A DNA stretch of 64,000 bases from Candidatus Foliamicus sp. (GCA_965249285.1 OZ252226.1:1346891-1410890); one strand, 5' to 3'; shown: positions 1-10,737, numbered from the stretch's first letter. Translations and numbers: made by a program. The notes: generated by a model from the sequence alone, not told the origin.

Positions 1-669
1 GCAGGTAATTCACCGATACGCCGCGCCTGCCGACATTCCGAAGATGGTCACGTTACCTGGATCGCCCCCAAAAGCGGCAAAGTTGTCGCGCACCCAGGTC
101 AGGGCCGCGACCTGGTCCAACAGATAGTAATTGCCGATGGCATTTTCCGGTTCCACGGCGCTTAAGGCCGGGTGGGCAAACTGGCCGAGGTCACCGAGAC
201 GGTAGTTGAACGTCACGACCACTACCCCTTGCCGGGCAAGTTCCGATCCGTCGTATGTGGGCATGCTCGCATCGCCCACGGAAAACCCGCCCGGCAACAC
301 CCAAACCATGACAGCGAGGGGTTGTTCCGGTTTGAGACCCGGAGTCCAGACATTGAGTTGCAGGCAATCCTCATCCAAAGGCCGGCCTTCCAAAGCCTCT
401 CTGGTAAAGCCGGCAATCAAGGACTGAGGACATACGTTGCCGAACGTCGTGGCGTCCCGGGCGCCTTCCCACCCTGGGGCAGGCTGCGCGGGCCGCCAGC
501 GTAATTCGCCCACCGGTGGCGCGGCAAAAGGAATATTCCGGAACTTGTGAATGCCGTCCTCCGTGAGACCGACCAGCCCTCCCTGATCAATCTCCACCGC
601 CGGGCCAGACCGGACCGGGGATTGCCCCGCAACCAGCGCCAGCACAAGGGCCGGAATAAGCCGTTTCAT
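1..669 (-). pseudogene. Type B carboxylesterase (COesterase), frameshifted just after the catalytic Ser; continues off the window edge
   Basis: Signal peptide; FRNIPFAAPPVGELRW, EDCLQLNVW, FNYRLG and GGDPGNVTIFGMSAG motifs. An extra GC after GMSAG gives a stop at 10-12, while the shifted frame reads GVSVNYL. Confidence 0.8.
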
Positions 670-890
670 CTCCCGCTCCGGAAACACTCGCCCCTATAAG
701 CATGGCAGCCATGTCCGATCCAAGCAAACCCGGCACGCAGGGCCCGAATGTGCAGAAATTCAGTTCGCGCGCGGGCCGGCGTGCTAGACTCGGGCCGGGT
801 AACTGAAGGCGCAGCAAGCGTATGTTTGCGCCACCTGTAAGAGAGTTGCCACGAGGCGAATTGTTGCTGGCGCCCTTCGGAGAATTCACC

Positions 891-2393
891 ATGACGACTA
901 TAGACACAACCAAACATAGAGGCCCGTTGCTCCTCACCCTCGCGGCCGCGGTCCTGCTTGTAGTTTCCGCTTGCGAAGTGGCCGACAAAGCAGACGAAGA
1001 TGCCCAAGGCGATGCCCGCGAACGGGTCGAGCAACAAAACTGGAAGCTGGTCCAGGCGTATACGGACCTGGACCGGGCCTGGCATCTGCGGGATAACGAG
1101 ATTAGCCGCTCGGACGCGCCGTCGGAAGAAAAGGAACGGCGGCGTACCGAGGAGCGCGGCGAGCATCCCGACATCGTGCTCGCCGTCACCGCGGCCCGGG
1201 CGCTGGCCGACGGCGGGGGAGAGCACGCGGTGGACGCCGCGAGTTTCCTCATAGACCATACGCAGGGCCTTTCGCCTACCGCGGCCAGCGACGTCGAGTT
1301 TGCCAATGCCGCGCTCCGGCGTATGGCCGGCGCGGAATGGTCGGTCGTGGAAACATACAAAGACGACTTCAAGGCGTGGAAAGAGGACGACGAGGCGCGC
1401 AGGGAGGCGTTCAGGTCGGAGGACAATGAGGGGAAACCGTTCATATTCACAACGCCTCCGAAGTCATTGCTTGCCACCGCGGCGGCACAGGCCATCCTCG
1501 ACGCCGGCCCTGACCATGAGAAGGCCCGCGAAGCGGCCGAGTTCCTTATCGACCCGACTACGCGGAACCCATTCGGCATGCTCAAGGCCGCGCAAGCCTT
1601 GGCCGACAACTTTCCGGATTTCGACGAATGGCCGGACTTGCTGATGACAATGGACAATGCGCGTCCCAGCGGAAAGTCCGAGCCCTTTGATGAATTCGTG
1701 GCGAAGATGGCGTCAGAGGCCGACGATCCCGTGGTCCGCGCCACCGCGCGTTACTTCGGGGCAAAGGGTTTGGTCGAGAGCGTGAACCAACCGTCGATGG
1801 ATTCTGCGGACCGGGAATCGCTTCGCGAGCGAGCCCTGGAGATGGCGACCGGCTTGAGCGCGGGGGTCGAAGCCGAAGATTTTGTCAAGAAGGCGACCGT
1901 CGACGGCGAGCAAGTGACCAGGACCCTCGCCGATGCGGAAGCCGCGCTGGTGCACGGTATTCGCCACACCGTGGTAGGCGCGATGGTTGCTGACGAGGTG
2001 GGCCAACGCCTGGACGGCAGCGAGGACAACCTGTCCGCGTACGGCGGCAAGGTCGTTCTCATGGACTTCTGGGCGACCTGGTGCGGCCCGTGTATCGCCG
2101 GGCTGCCCAAACTGCGCGAACTGCAGGAGGGATATTCCGACGATCAATTCACCATTCTCGGGATAAGCGTGGATGCCGAAGTGGAGACGGTGACCGACTT
2201 TCTGGAAGACGAACCTATGCCCTGGGCTCACTGGCATATCGGCGTCGACAGTGATTTCCAGATGTCTTGGCGTATCCCGGGATATCCGACCTATGTCGTA
2301 ATCGACCAGGACGGCGTGATCCAGTCGCGCGGCCACAACCTCGATGCGGCGGCCGAGGCCATCGAGCAAGCAGTAAACGGCGAGGCGGCATAG
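891..2393 (+). CDS. TlpA-family thiol-disulfide oxidoreductase lipoprotein with a long helical N-terminal region
   Basis: Lipobox LLVVSAC; C-terminal DFWATWCGPC and GYPTYVVID thioredoxin-fold motifs. Confidence 0.85.
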   Translation: MTTIDTTKHRGPLLLTLAAAVLLVVSACEVADKADEDAQGDARERVEQQNWKLVQAYTDLDRAWHLRDNEISRSDAPSEEKERRRTEERGEHPDIVLAVTAARALADGGGEHAVDAASFLIDHTQGLSPTAASDVEFANAALRRMAGAEWSVVETYKDDFKAWKEDDEARREAFRSEDNEGKPFIFTTPPKSLLATAAAQAILDAGPDHEKAREAAEFLIDPTTRNPFGMLKAAQALADNFPDFDEWPDLLMTMDNARPSGKSEPFDEFVAKMASEADDPVVRATARYFGAKGLVESVNQPSMDSADRESLRERALEMATGLSAGVEAEDFVKKATVDGEQVTRTLADAEAALVHGIRHTVVGAMVADEVGQRLDGSEDNLSAYGGKVVLMDFWATWCGPCIAGLPKLRELQEGYSDDQFTILGISVDAEVETVTDFLEDEPMPWAHWHIGVDSDFQMSWRIPGYPTYVVIDQDGVIQSRGHNLDAAAEAIEQAVNGEAA

Positions 2394-2433
2394 AAAGCAC
2401 AGCTGCTCACGGGCAAAGGAACAGCGGCAAACC

Positions 2434-2689
2434 ATGACCGCCGCGTCCGTTTTTCATTTCCTGCACATTGCGGTGTTTGCCGTCATCGCCGGCATCGAGC
2501 TTCCAGCAATGTATGCGCTGCGGCTGGATCCGGTGGCAGACCAAAGCCGTACGGTTTGCATCCCTGGACGATGAAAGCGTTAAGTCCCAGAATCTTCACG
2601 CAACGCTGCGCCGCGCCCAATGGGGCAGTCACAGCATCCTGGCGATGGTCCTGATCGCCGCTTTCATGGGAACCGCAAAACCCTGGTGA
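2434..2689 (+). pseudogene. Internally deleted or frameshifted small membrane protein (DUF2269-like)
   Basis: N-terminus MTAASVFHFLHIAVFAVIAG in one frame; C-terminus LAMVLIAAFMGTAKPW in another. Confidence 0.45.
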
Positions 2690-2805
2690 TTGGCCTGTCA
2701 CTTGAGCAACCCTCAACCGCTTGATTTGGGTACGAAACTTCTATTACTTTGTGCGGATGGGCCTTTTTCAAGGAATAGGTGGGAAACTTGCTTAGGCGGT
2801 ATCTA

Positions 2806-3345
2806 ATGATGCGACAACTTCTCTCCGCGTGTCTGATGCTCGTTTTATCTGCATGCGCGAGTAGTGGAAACGTGGGCTCTCTATTCTCCGAGGCTGATTT
2901 GTCGACTCTCAGCCTAACCAATCCCCAATATGCACAAGGGCGTGTGCTTACCGGTGGACAGCCTTCGCCGGAAGACCTTGCCGCGCTTAAAGACCTGGGC
3001 TTCGGCACCATTATCAGCTTGCGCACCGAGGGCGAAGACATTGGCTACGACGAACAGGCAATGGCGGAAGAACTGCGTCTCACCTTTGTCAATATTCCGG
3101 TCGGCATTAAGAACGGTCTGACCGCCGCCGCGGCATCAAATTTGCGCTCTGCCGTCAATCAGACCAAGGCGCCCGTATTTCTCCATTGCGGCAGTGGCAA
3201 CCGGGTCGGGGCTGTGTATGCCCTGGGCGCCTATTACCTCGATGGCAAATCCATAGAAGAGGCCCTGGAGGTGGGGAGAGCCACGGGTCTGACCGGTTTT
3301 GAACCCACCGTGCGAAAGTTGCTGGAACGAGGCGAGGGTCGTTAA
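2806..3345 (+). CDS. Protein-tyrosine-phosphatase-like / beta-lactamase-hydrolase-like (DUF442-type) lipoprotein
   Basis: Lipobox LSAC; TGGQPS, IISLR and CX5R loop HCGSGNR. Confidence 0.8.
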   Translation: MMRQLLSACLMLVLSACASSGNVGSLFSEADLSTLSLTNPQYAQGRVLTGGQPSPEDLAALKDLGFGTIISLRTEGEDIGYDEQAMAEELRLTFVNIPVGIKNGLTAAAASNLRSAVNQTKAPVFLHCGSGNRVGAVYALGAYYLDGKSIEEALEVGRATGLTGFEPTVRKLLERGEGR

Positions 3346-3446
3346 CCTCATTCGCTTGAATTGGTTGTCAGGACACAAGGGTAATCGCAATCAAACAAAC
3401 ATCGCGAATTGGTTTGACTCGCTCAGAGATTCGAAGTGATTGAGGT

Positions 3447-4046
3447 TTATTGCGAGGCTGCCCTTCTTGCGCGCGCCCGCTCAATCATGGGCGCCAACTT
3501 TTCGTGATCCACATCTCGCTGGAAGAGTTTTTCGGTATAGACAAGGGTCGCCATGGGGGATTCAGCCCAATGGATATAGCGCCATCCTTCGGGTTTCTTG
3601 CGTAAGACCGCGCTAACCCGGACTTCCTCTCCAATGGGGGGTTTGCCCCGTATTTTCATTTCGAAATGCATGTGCCACGCGGCAATGGCGAGATCATCGG
3701 CGACCAGCTTCACTGAAACGTCATACATCTCTTCGCGCAGACCTTCTATCACCGGGCTCGGCCGTGGCGGATCGAGATAGTCCCGCAACTGCTCCCAGCC
3801 GATGAACCAGTCATCCTGCTCTTCGGCAAGATAGAAGGGCACTTCTTCATCGGGATCCCACAGCTCCAGAACCGTTGAGAAATCCTGTGAGTTCCATCGT
3901 TCCGCGGTTTCGTGAATCACAGCCTTTACGGCTGCAATGTCGTCCTGGTCGGCAGCTTGAGCCGAGGCTATGGAGTGTTCAGCCATGGTCAGTCCCATCC
4001 CCAAAACAATGATCGCCCGCAGTGGCGCTAGCATAGTTGACGGCAC
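3447..4046 (-). CDS. Exported NTF2/SnoaL-like (YybH-type) protein
   Basis: Signal peptide ending ASAQA; RVSAVLRKKPEGWRYIHWAES C-terminal strand motif; GGAGG RBS before the GTG start. Confidence 0.7.
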   Translation of the reverse strand: MPSTMLAPLRAIIVLGMGLTMAEHSIASAQAADQDDIAAVKAVIHETAERWNSQDFSTVLELWDPDEEVPFYLAEEQDDWFIGWEQLRDYLDPPRPSPVIEGLREEMYDVSVKLVADDLAIAAWHMHFEMKIRGKPPIGEEVRVSAVLRKKPEGWRYIHWAESPMATLVYTEKLFQRDVDHEKLAPMIERARARRAASQ

Positions 4047-4143
4047 AATTCCCTCCCTTGATGTCGCTCGGCGACGAAGCACACTGGTTCCAGCTTAAGA
4101 GGGGCTGATCGGGATCGCAAGCCAGGACGAATTCTTGCAAGCA

Positions 4144-4836
4144 CTAATAGTCCTCATCGTATTCGATCAGATCGAAATGGGCGTTCATGTATCCGCCAAC
4201 AGTGATCTTGACGAACAGAAACCCTTGCGTAGTGCACCACAAGTCCTCGGTAGGGTGATGGTCGAGCAGGAACCGGTAATGATCCGTTTCGAAAGTCCCG
4301 GCCGGGACCGTGATCTCTTCGCGCCCCAGGTATTCCAGGTCGAAATCCGTGGTGCACAGGTTGGGCCCGGAGCATCCGTCATGCTCGCGGGAAGACATCA
4401 ACACGCCACGGCACGATTGCGGGTTCTGTTGCAAGGAGTGATCAAAGCGGGCGCAGTGGAGCATGTCGCAGGACACGGGATGCGCTCCGAAGGAGAGCGG
4501 CGGCGTCTTGAGATCCATGCGCTGAGTCAAGCGTCCGGTCGTTACATTCACCGCTTCACACTCGGCGCCGTCATCGGTGAAACGGAACCAGCCGCTGCCA
4601 AGAAACCTGCCGCTTTCATGCAACCGGACAAAACAGTCCAGCGGATGGTAATCGGGGTCCGTCGTATAAATCGTTTCCCGAAGAACGGACCGGTCGGCGA
4701 CAACACCGGGTTCGATTTCACAATGGGCCCGAAGGGTGCGCTGGCCGTCTTCGTGGAAGGTGACCGACCACCATTCCCGACCGAAGGCACGCCGTTCTCC
4801 TTCAGGATCATAAATATAGGCGATCTTGCCGCGCAT
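4144..4836 (-). CDS. Conserved hypothetical beta-rich protein (DUF3108-like C-terminal motif)
   Basis: YLGREEITVPAGTFETDHYRF motif; 230 aa ORF with protein-like composition. Confidence 0.6.
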   Translation of the reverse strand: MRGKIAYIYDPEGERRAFGREWWSVTFHEDGQRTLRAHCEIEPGVVADRSVLRETIYTTDPDYHPLDCFVRLHESGRFLGSGWFRFTDDGAECEAVNVTTGRLTQRMDLKTPPLSFGAHPVSCDMLHCARFDHSLQQNPQSCRGVLMSSREHDGCSGPNLCTTDFDLEYLGREEITVPAGTFETDHYRFLLDHHPTEDLWCTTQGFLFVKITVGGYMNAHFDLIEYDEDY

Positions 4837-4911
4837 TTCGATGGTTCATTTCAACGCTGTTTCCTCTGACAATGCCTTCCCTCTACTGGGGACAAGTAAC
4901 CGACCTTCCGG

Positions 4912-6553
4912 TTAGAACGTTTGCCGTTCAAATACGGTTCTACCGCCGACGATGGTGCGCAGCACACTTATGTCGTCGAGGTCCAATGGCGGCGCCTCCA
5001 GCGGATTGCGGTCCAGGACAACCAGGTCGGCCAGCTCATCCTCGGAAAACTGCGGCAGCAGCCGACTGACCCGACTCATGGCCGGTGGCTCCTCAAGAAC
5101 CCCATTGGGTTCGCCCGAGACATCGTCCATGCGTATTTTTCCGCCGAAAGGCTGGGGAGTGTCACGGGTAACACCCGCCATCTCCATGGCCAGACTGTTG
5201 CCCACACCGAGATGTCCCGAAATATGGCCGATATAAATGGGATGGTCGGTGGATGCCCGGTCCAAATCCCACCGGGTGGGGTGGCGCATCTCTGCCACCA
5301 GGGTATCGTCGTAACCGCGCGCTTGAATCCACTCTCCCTTCGGTGTCTGTGCCGCCCGCGACGCCAAGCGCGCAACGATGTCGTCGATGGTCTTGACGGT
5401 TCCGATGGGCGGGCTGTTGAGATCAATAAAGTGGCGGGCGATCAGACCCGAGCCTGGAAAGTGCCCGCGTGCATCGATGAAACCGGGCAGCACAGCCGAT
5501 CCATCCAGATCGATAACCTCGGTCTGAGGTCCGGCGAGCTTGCCGATGTCTTCGCTAGGGCGTGTTAACACTAATGGGTCTGATTATGGTACGATTGGGG
5601 TATGGAAATCACGCCCGAACAATACGAACGCATCGTTCCTTATCTCCCGGTGCAGCGCGGCAACGTTCGCCTCTCGAATTTTGCGGTGCTCAACGCCATT
5701 TTGTATGTCGCCGAACAGGGCTGCAAATGGCGCGGATTACCGCCTCGGTTTGGCAACTGGCACACCATTTACACGCGGATGAACCGCTGGTCGAAGAACG
5801 GGGTGCTGGACCGGGTATTCGAGCATCTGCAGCGCGAGCGGATCGTGCGCGTCAAGCTGGAAGCCGTATCGATGGACAGCACCATTGTCCGGGTGCATCC
5901 CGACGGGACGGGGGCGCTAAAAAAAACGGCCCCCAATCCATTGGCAAGTCCCGCGGCGGCTGGACCACCAAGATTCATATGGTTGCCGCGGATGCTCGAA
6001 CGGCTATAACGTTCTCGCTCTCGCCGGGACAAGCCCACGACGCTCCGCAAGGGCGCAAGCTGCTGAATCGCCTCGGCCAGCAGGACGATAATCCCTCGCT
6101 GATCATGGACCGCGCGTATGAAGGCGATGAGACACGGCAACTGGCCTTGGCGCTGGGGTACACGCCCGTCGTTCCGCCGAAGCGCAACCGGCTCGACCCC
6201 TGGCAGTACGACCGGGAGATGTACAAGCGGCGCAACGAAATCGAGCGGCTGTTTCGCCGTTTGAAGGGATTCCGGCGAATCTTCTCCCGCTTCGAGAAGC
6301 TCGACGTCATCTTCCTCGGATTCATCCTCTTCGCACTTATCTTCGATGCGTTGCGTTAGTGTTAACAGGCCCTAGTTCCGACTGCAGAAATACGCTCACC
6401 GGAAATGGCGACAGCTTCGGCGAGATCGCCATTGTCAGGACCGGTCAGTGTGATGATGTCGCCGTTGATGAGAATGGTGTCGGGGTTCTCCGCGGCAAGA
6501 CCTGTGCCGCACAAGACTCCAAGAGCGAACGCGAATAAAGGGACAGGTCTCAT
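4912..6553 (-). pseudogene. YtcJ-like amidohydrolase, interrupted by IS5 and internally deleted
   Basis: N-terminus 6553-6376 (ILINGDIIT...AVAISGERISAVG) rejoins 5554-4912 in frame once the IS is removed (GTSEDIGKL). Metal motif degenerate (PGFIDARGH). The middle of the domain is missing: FSEDE joins directly to LADLVVLDRNP. Confidence 0.85.
5559..6371 (+). mobile_element. IS5-family element (IS427-like), two ORFs joined by a -1 frameshift
   Basis: 16-bp IRs GGCGTGTTAACACTAA / TTAGTGTTAACAGGCC flanked by CTAG on both sides; orfA 5602-6009, orfB ends 6359; A8C slippery run near 5919; GKSRGGWTTKIH, DRAY and RNEIERLF motifs. Confidence 0.93.
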
Positions 6554-6601
6554 TGATGCAATCGTCAATGTCGAGAGCGCTGACTAGCGTGCGTCCTTGA
6601 C

Positions 6602-6648
6602 TGACCGTTCCCCCTTTATCCGAGCCATTTTGAACGTGGAGACCCTCA
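6602..6648. repeat. 47-bp dispersed element, copy 1 (copy 2 at 12647-12693)
   Basis: TGACCGTTCCCCCTTTATCCGAGCCATTTTGAACGTGGAGACCCTCA versus TGACCGTTCCCCCTTAATCCGAGCCATTTTGGATTGGGAGACCCTCA. Confidence 0.8.
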
Positions 6649-6684
6649 ATCGTTAGTGAGCGCGGTGTGCTGATCGATCGCAAT

Positions 6685-6972
6685 CTATGCGGCGACGATG
6701 CGCTCGACCTTGATCTTATGTTCCAGGTCGCGCGACTGGGCAAGATCAAAGGCCAACTGCATGCCAAGCCATGTTTCGGGTGTAGAGCCGAATGCTTTTG
6801 ACAGTCGGTAAGCCATTTCGATGGAAACGGACGCCTTTTCATTGACCAGATGGGAAAGCGTCTGACGTCCGACACCGAGCCGCCGTGCTCCTTCGGAAAC
6901 CGATAAGGCCAATGGTTTCAAGCAGTCTTCTCGCACGATGGCGCCAGGATGCACCGGGTTCGTCATTGCCAT
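6685..6972 (-). CDS. higA: HigA antitoxin (HTH)
   Basis: NPVHPGAIVRE...SIEMAYRLSKAFGSTPETWLGMQ; lies downstream of the toxin gene. Confidence 0.92.
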   Translation of the reverse strand: MAMTNPVHPGAIVREDCLKPLALSVSEGARRLGVGRQTLSHLVNEKASVSIEMAYRLSKAFGSTPETWLGMQLAFDLAQSRDLEHKIKVERIVAA

Positions 6973-6983
6973 GTCAGGACCTC

Positions 6984-7262
6984 CTAGTGGTAATCCAGAT
7001 AGTCGACATCCACTGCGTGTCCGTCTTCGAACCGAAAGGTCACCCGCCAGTTGGCTGATACGGAAACCGCATGATGACCGTTCAAGCGGCCTTTGAGTGG
7101 ATGGAGCCGAAAGCCGGGAAGATCCATCCCGGTTGGGCTGCTGCTCCGGTCCAGCGCTGTCAAGATACGCAGGAGTTTCGCCACGTTTCCCGGTGCCACC
7201 CGCGCGGAGCGTCCTCCCTCATACAGTTCTTTCAGGCCGCGATGCCGAAACGATTTGATCAC
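6984..7262 (-). CDS. higB: HigB (RelE/ParE-family) toxin
   Basis: MIKSFRHRGLK...FRLHPLKG...VSANWRVTFRF...DYLDYH. Confidence 0.93.
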   Translation of the reverse strand: MIKSFRHRGLKELYEGGRSARVAPGNVAKLLRILTALDRSSSPTGMDLPGFRLHPLKGRLNGHHAVSVSANWRVTFRFEDGHAVDVDYLDYH

Positions 7263-7268
7263 CGGCAG

Positions 7269-7297
7269 AGTGTATGGTGTCTATCGACAATAGTCAA
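7269..7297 (-). promoter_or_regulatory. sigma70 promoter of higBA with operator palindrome; probably a leaderless mRNA
   Basis: TTGACT-17 bp-TACACT; TGTC-GATA-GACA palindrome in the spacer; GTG start 6 nt after the -10 box, with no RBS. Confidence 0.7.
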
Positions 7298-7502
7298 TCA
7301 CAGTTGCAATCTGGATGACCCCTGATCGGACAATCTGTCAGATTGGGCAACCATTCATCAGTATATCGACCTGGTTGGTAATGAGGGTCTCCTCATAATC
7401 TGGGCCACGTGCGATGCGACTTCTGAGATGGTAGGCTCGCAGTGTCCACTGGCCGTGGTCCCGCGGCCCCCTGGAGACGTATTCGAAACCGGTAGAGGTC
7501 AA

Positions 7503-7916
7503 ATGAAACTCCATAGACGCTCTCTATGGCTCAGCATAGACAGCCTCATCAACCTGTTACTGGGTGCGCTCCTGGTGGTCTTCCCAAGAGACCTCGTTTC
7601 CTTTCTTGGGCTTCCGCAAGCCGGCTCGGCATTCTATCCTGGCATCCTTGGCGCCGTGCTGATTGGAATTGACATTGCGCTTTGGATGGAGAGGGGAACG
7701 GACCGTGCTGGCGGACGTGGTCTGGGGCTTGGTGGAGCGGTCGTGATCAATCTCTGTGCAGCCCTGGTGCTTGCAGCTTGGCTACTTTTCGGAGACCTCT
7801 CTCTTTCCGCAAGAGGGTCCGGCTTTCTGTGGGGCATCGTGGCAGTTCTCATCGTGGTTAGCCTAGCCGAGATTGCATGTGTTCGGCGCACTCTGAGTCG
7901 GTCGAACGATGAATGA
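7503..7916 (+). CDS. Hypothetical 4-TM membrane protein
   Basis: Four hydrophobic segments; GAGG RBS. Confidence 0.65.
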   Translation: MKLHRRSLWLSIDSLINLLLGALLVVFPRDLVSFLGLPQAGSAFYPGILGAVLIGIDIALWMERGTDRAGGRGLGLGGAVVINLCAALVLAAWLLFGDLSLSARGSGFLWGIVAVLIVVSLAEIACVRRTLSRSNDE

Positions 7917-7989
7917 CGGCAATGATCGGAAAAGTGGAAATCGGCGTCGGCCGTGCTACCGCTGATCCAATCGCCATACACGAGGCGCT

Positions 7990-8147
7990 GAGTGTTTCCC
8001 CTAAGCGACACAGTGGTGGACCTCGAATGCGGCACAGGAAGGAACTTTCCGTGGACCGAACGTGGCGTCACCGCCTCGGGGCGCATCGTCGGCGTCAACC
8101 TTACCGATGCCATGCTGCGTGAAGCCCAGCGTCGCGTGGAGCGCGCG
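7990..8147 (+). pseudogene. N-terminal half of a class I SAM methyltransferase
   Basis: DTVVDLECGTGRNF...GRIVGVNLTDAMLREAQRRVERA (motifs I and II), truncated; start coordinate approximate. Confidence 0.7.
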
Positions 8148-8192
8148 CCTCGAGAAGTCGCCGCCAGCGGATGCGCCGCCCTCCCCGTTCGA

Positions 8193-8558
8193 TTATTCGC
8201 TGACGGCGCCCGCGTGCTGCTGGGCCGGCTCGCGTAGCAGCCACTCAGCGGCGTCGGCAAAGCTCGATAGGCGCCCGAGCAGCGCGTTGTAGTCAAAATA
8301 ATCGCCGCCGGCATGGCGCACGGCCGCATACAGCGCCAGATTGGGCGCAGCGATGTAGTCGGCGGCCTGGGGAATGTCCAAGCCGATGTCCCGCAAACGC
8401 GCCGCGGCCAGGGCAACGAGCAAGGCCTCGATGCTGCGCTCCCCGCGCTCGAGTGCGGTGATGCCGGCCGCAATAAGCTCGCCGCCAGGCAGATTGGGAG
8501 GAAGGTCGTCGACCTGGCGGTTACGCAGAAGGCACGAGGTCGTTGTCATGGTTCCCAT
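8193..8558 (-). CDS. Small hypothetical protein, partner of the DUF6036 nucleotidyltransferase
   Basis: LPGGELIAAG...EALLVALAAARLR...YNALLGRLSSF; overlaps the end of the upstream gene. Confidence 0.65.
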   Translation of the reverse strand: MGTMTTTSCLLRNRQVDDLPPNLPGGELIAAGITALERGERSIEALLVALAAARLRDIGLDIPQAADYIAAPNLALYAAVRHAGGDYFDYNALLGRLSSFADAAEWLLREPAQQHAGAVSE

Positions 8559-10376
8559 TCTCTCCTGTCAGCCATGCTAGCGTAGCGTCGACCTTTTGGC
8601 GGAAGCGGACGGGGTCGATTGCCGGGTATCGTTCCAGGTCCGGCTCAATGGCCTTGAACAAGGCGATAAGCGTGTCCGGCTCGATCAGTTCAAGGCGGTA
8701 CATGGCCTCGACATCGCTGCGATCGGGGCCATAGCCTCTCGCGATCTTGGCGAGCGCCTGGGCATAGAAATCGTAGTGGAAGAAATCGGTCGTGCCGTGC
8801 CGAACGATAAATTCGCTGCGATCGCGCCATTCTGGCAACGCCGGAATGAAATCATCGGGCGCGGCGAGCTCAACATTCATGTCGAGCACTTCCTTCGCGC
8901 GAGCGATGCACGCGAACGCGCCCGCGGGTTCGGGATCCAACTTGAGGTCCAAATCGACCGTGAGGTCGCGCCAGCCAACGATCACAGCGGAGGACCCGCC
9001 GGTGAGGTACACCCGCCCGCCCTGCGCGTGCGCGCCGAAAAACTGCAGGAAATCATGCACCTTGCGACTGTTGCTCAGAGGTGGCCCCATTTGTTTGGAC
9101 AGCTAAACCCGATTCTATAAGTGGATCCAAGCCTGTCGTTTAAGCAGCCAGGGTTAGCGGCTGCTGAGAATAATAAACCTGATCCGGTGTTTTTCCTTTC
9201 AAGCTGGAATGCGGCCGTCTTTAATTGTACAGATTGAAGTAGCAAGCGATACCAGCACGTGCGTCAGAGACCGTGTCGTAGGCGTGAAGATAAACCTCTT
9301 CGTACTTCACCGATCGCCACAACCGCTCGATAAAAACATTGTCTCGCCAAGATCCCTTGCCGTCCATGCTGATGCGGATGCCGTGTTTGCTGAGTAAGCC
9401 GGTGAACGCCTGCGAGGTAAACTGAGAACCCTGATCGGTGTTCACGATCTCAGGTGCGCCGTAGCGGGCAATGGCTTCTTCGAGCGCCTCAAGGCAGAAA
9501 TACACGTCCATGGTGATCGAGACGCGCCACGACAGGACCTTGCGCGAGTACCAGTCCAACACCGCCACCAGATACACAAAACCCCGTGCCATCGGGATGT
9601 AGGTGATGTCCATGGCGTACACCTGCTTTGGCCTAATGATGTCCAGGCCTCGCAGCAGGTACGGGTACACACGGTGCTGAGGATGCTTGTTCGTGGTCTT
9701 CGGCTTACGGTACAGGGCCTCGATGCCCATACGTTTCATCAGCGTCGCCACATGCTTGCGGCCGACCTTGATACCGTCCTGGGCCAACAGATCGCGCAGC
9801 ATGCGAGAACCGGCGTACGGCATCTCCAGGTGCAATCGATCAATACGCTTCATCAGATCCAGGTCGCGATCCGAGATCGGTGCTGGCAAGGCATAGACCG
9901 TGGAACGAGCCATCCCGAGCGCCTCGGCCTGGCGTGTGATCGGCAATGGGTGGGTCCGGTCTATCATCGTTTTGCGCTCAGCAGGCCGGCCTTGGTGAGC
10001 GCTCCTTCTAAAAAATCGTTCTCCAAAGTGAGCTCGCCAATTTTCGCGTGCAGTGCCTTGATGTCGATCGGCGGCGGCTCATTTTGCCCGCTGCCTTCGA
10101 ACACAGCGCCCGCTCGCTCCAGCAGCTGGTTCTTCCACTGCGTGATCTGGTTCGGGTGAACATCGAACTGCTGGGCCAGCTCGGCGACCGTCTTGTCGCC
10201 TTTGATGGCCGCTACAGCGACTTTGGATTTGAATACCGGCGTGTGATTCCGGCGGGGTCTTCTGGGAATGATTGCCTCCTGATATCGTTGCCAATAACAT
10301 GGCTCATATCAGACTCAGAATCCACTTATAGCGCTGTCCGATTTTCCGGGGCCACCTCTCTCGGTTCGCGCGACAT
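8521..10376 (-). pseudogene. DUF6036-family nucleotidyltransferase, interrupted by IS3 after codon 5
   Basis: YLTGGSSAV...TVDLDL motif. The native start MSREP lies at 10376-10362 and the body at 9076-8521; they join in frame after removing the IS and one copy of CTC. Confidence 0.78.
9077..10359 (-). mobile_element. IS3-family element, degenerate
   Basis: IRs AGAGGTGGCCCC...GGACAG at both ends; 3-bp TSD CTC; orfB 9967-9221 (MDITY, NTDQGSQF, ERLWRSVKYE) with a late frameshift; orfA begins with ATT after an AGGAGG RBS. Confidence 0.92.
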
Positions 10377-10737
10377 CGCGGCTCAGTATCGCACGGCCCC
10401 GCAAGGCCGGCAACATCCGGGCGGCGCGTTGGATACTACTTAGCTTCTGGTTCTTGGCCGAGTTCGAGATAGGCCTGCCTGACGTGGTCCTGCAAGGATC
10501 GCAAGTCTGGGAAGGTTGAGGTTGGACCGGCCTCGTGAAAGAAATGGTCACATAGATGCCAGGCATTCTGGGCACTGGCGCGCGCCAGTGCCTCATTGAG
10601 CACATCGCGCCGGAAGGCACCCGCACGTGCGCGAAGTTCCTGTAGCGCAGAAGAGGCAGTAAGACCGAACGAAAGTGTAATTGCTCGCACCCAAAAGCGG
10701 CACATAAGTGGCATCAATAAACGAGGCAGCATGTAGC

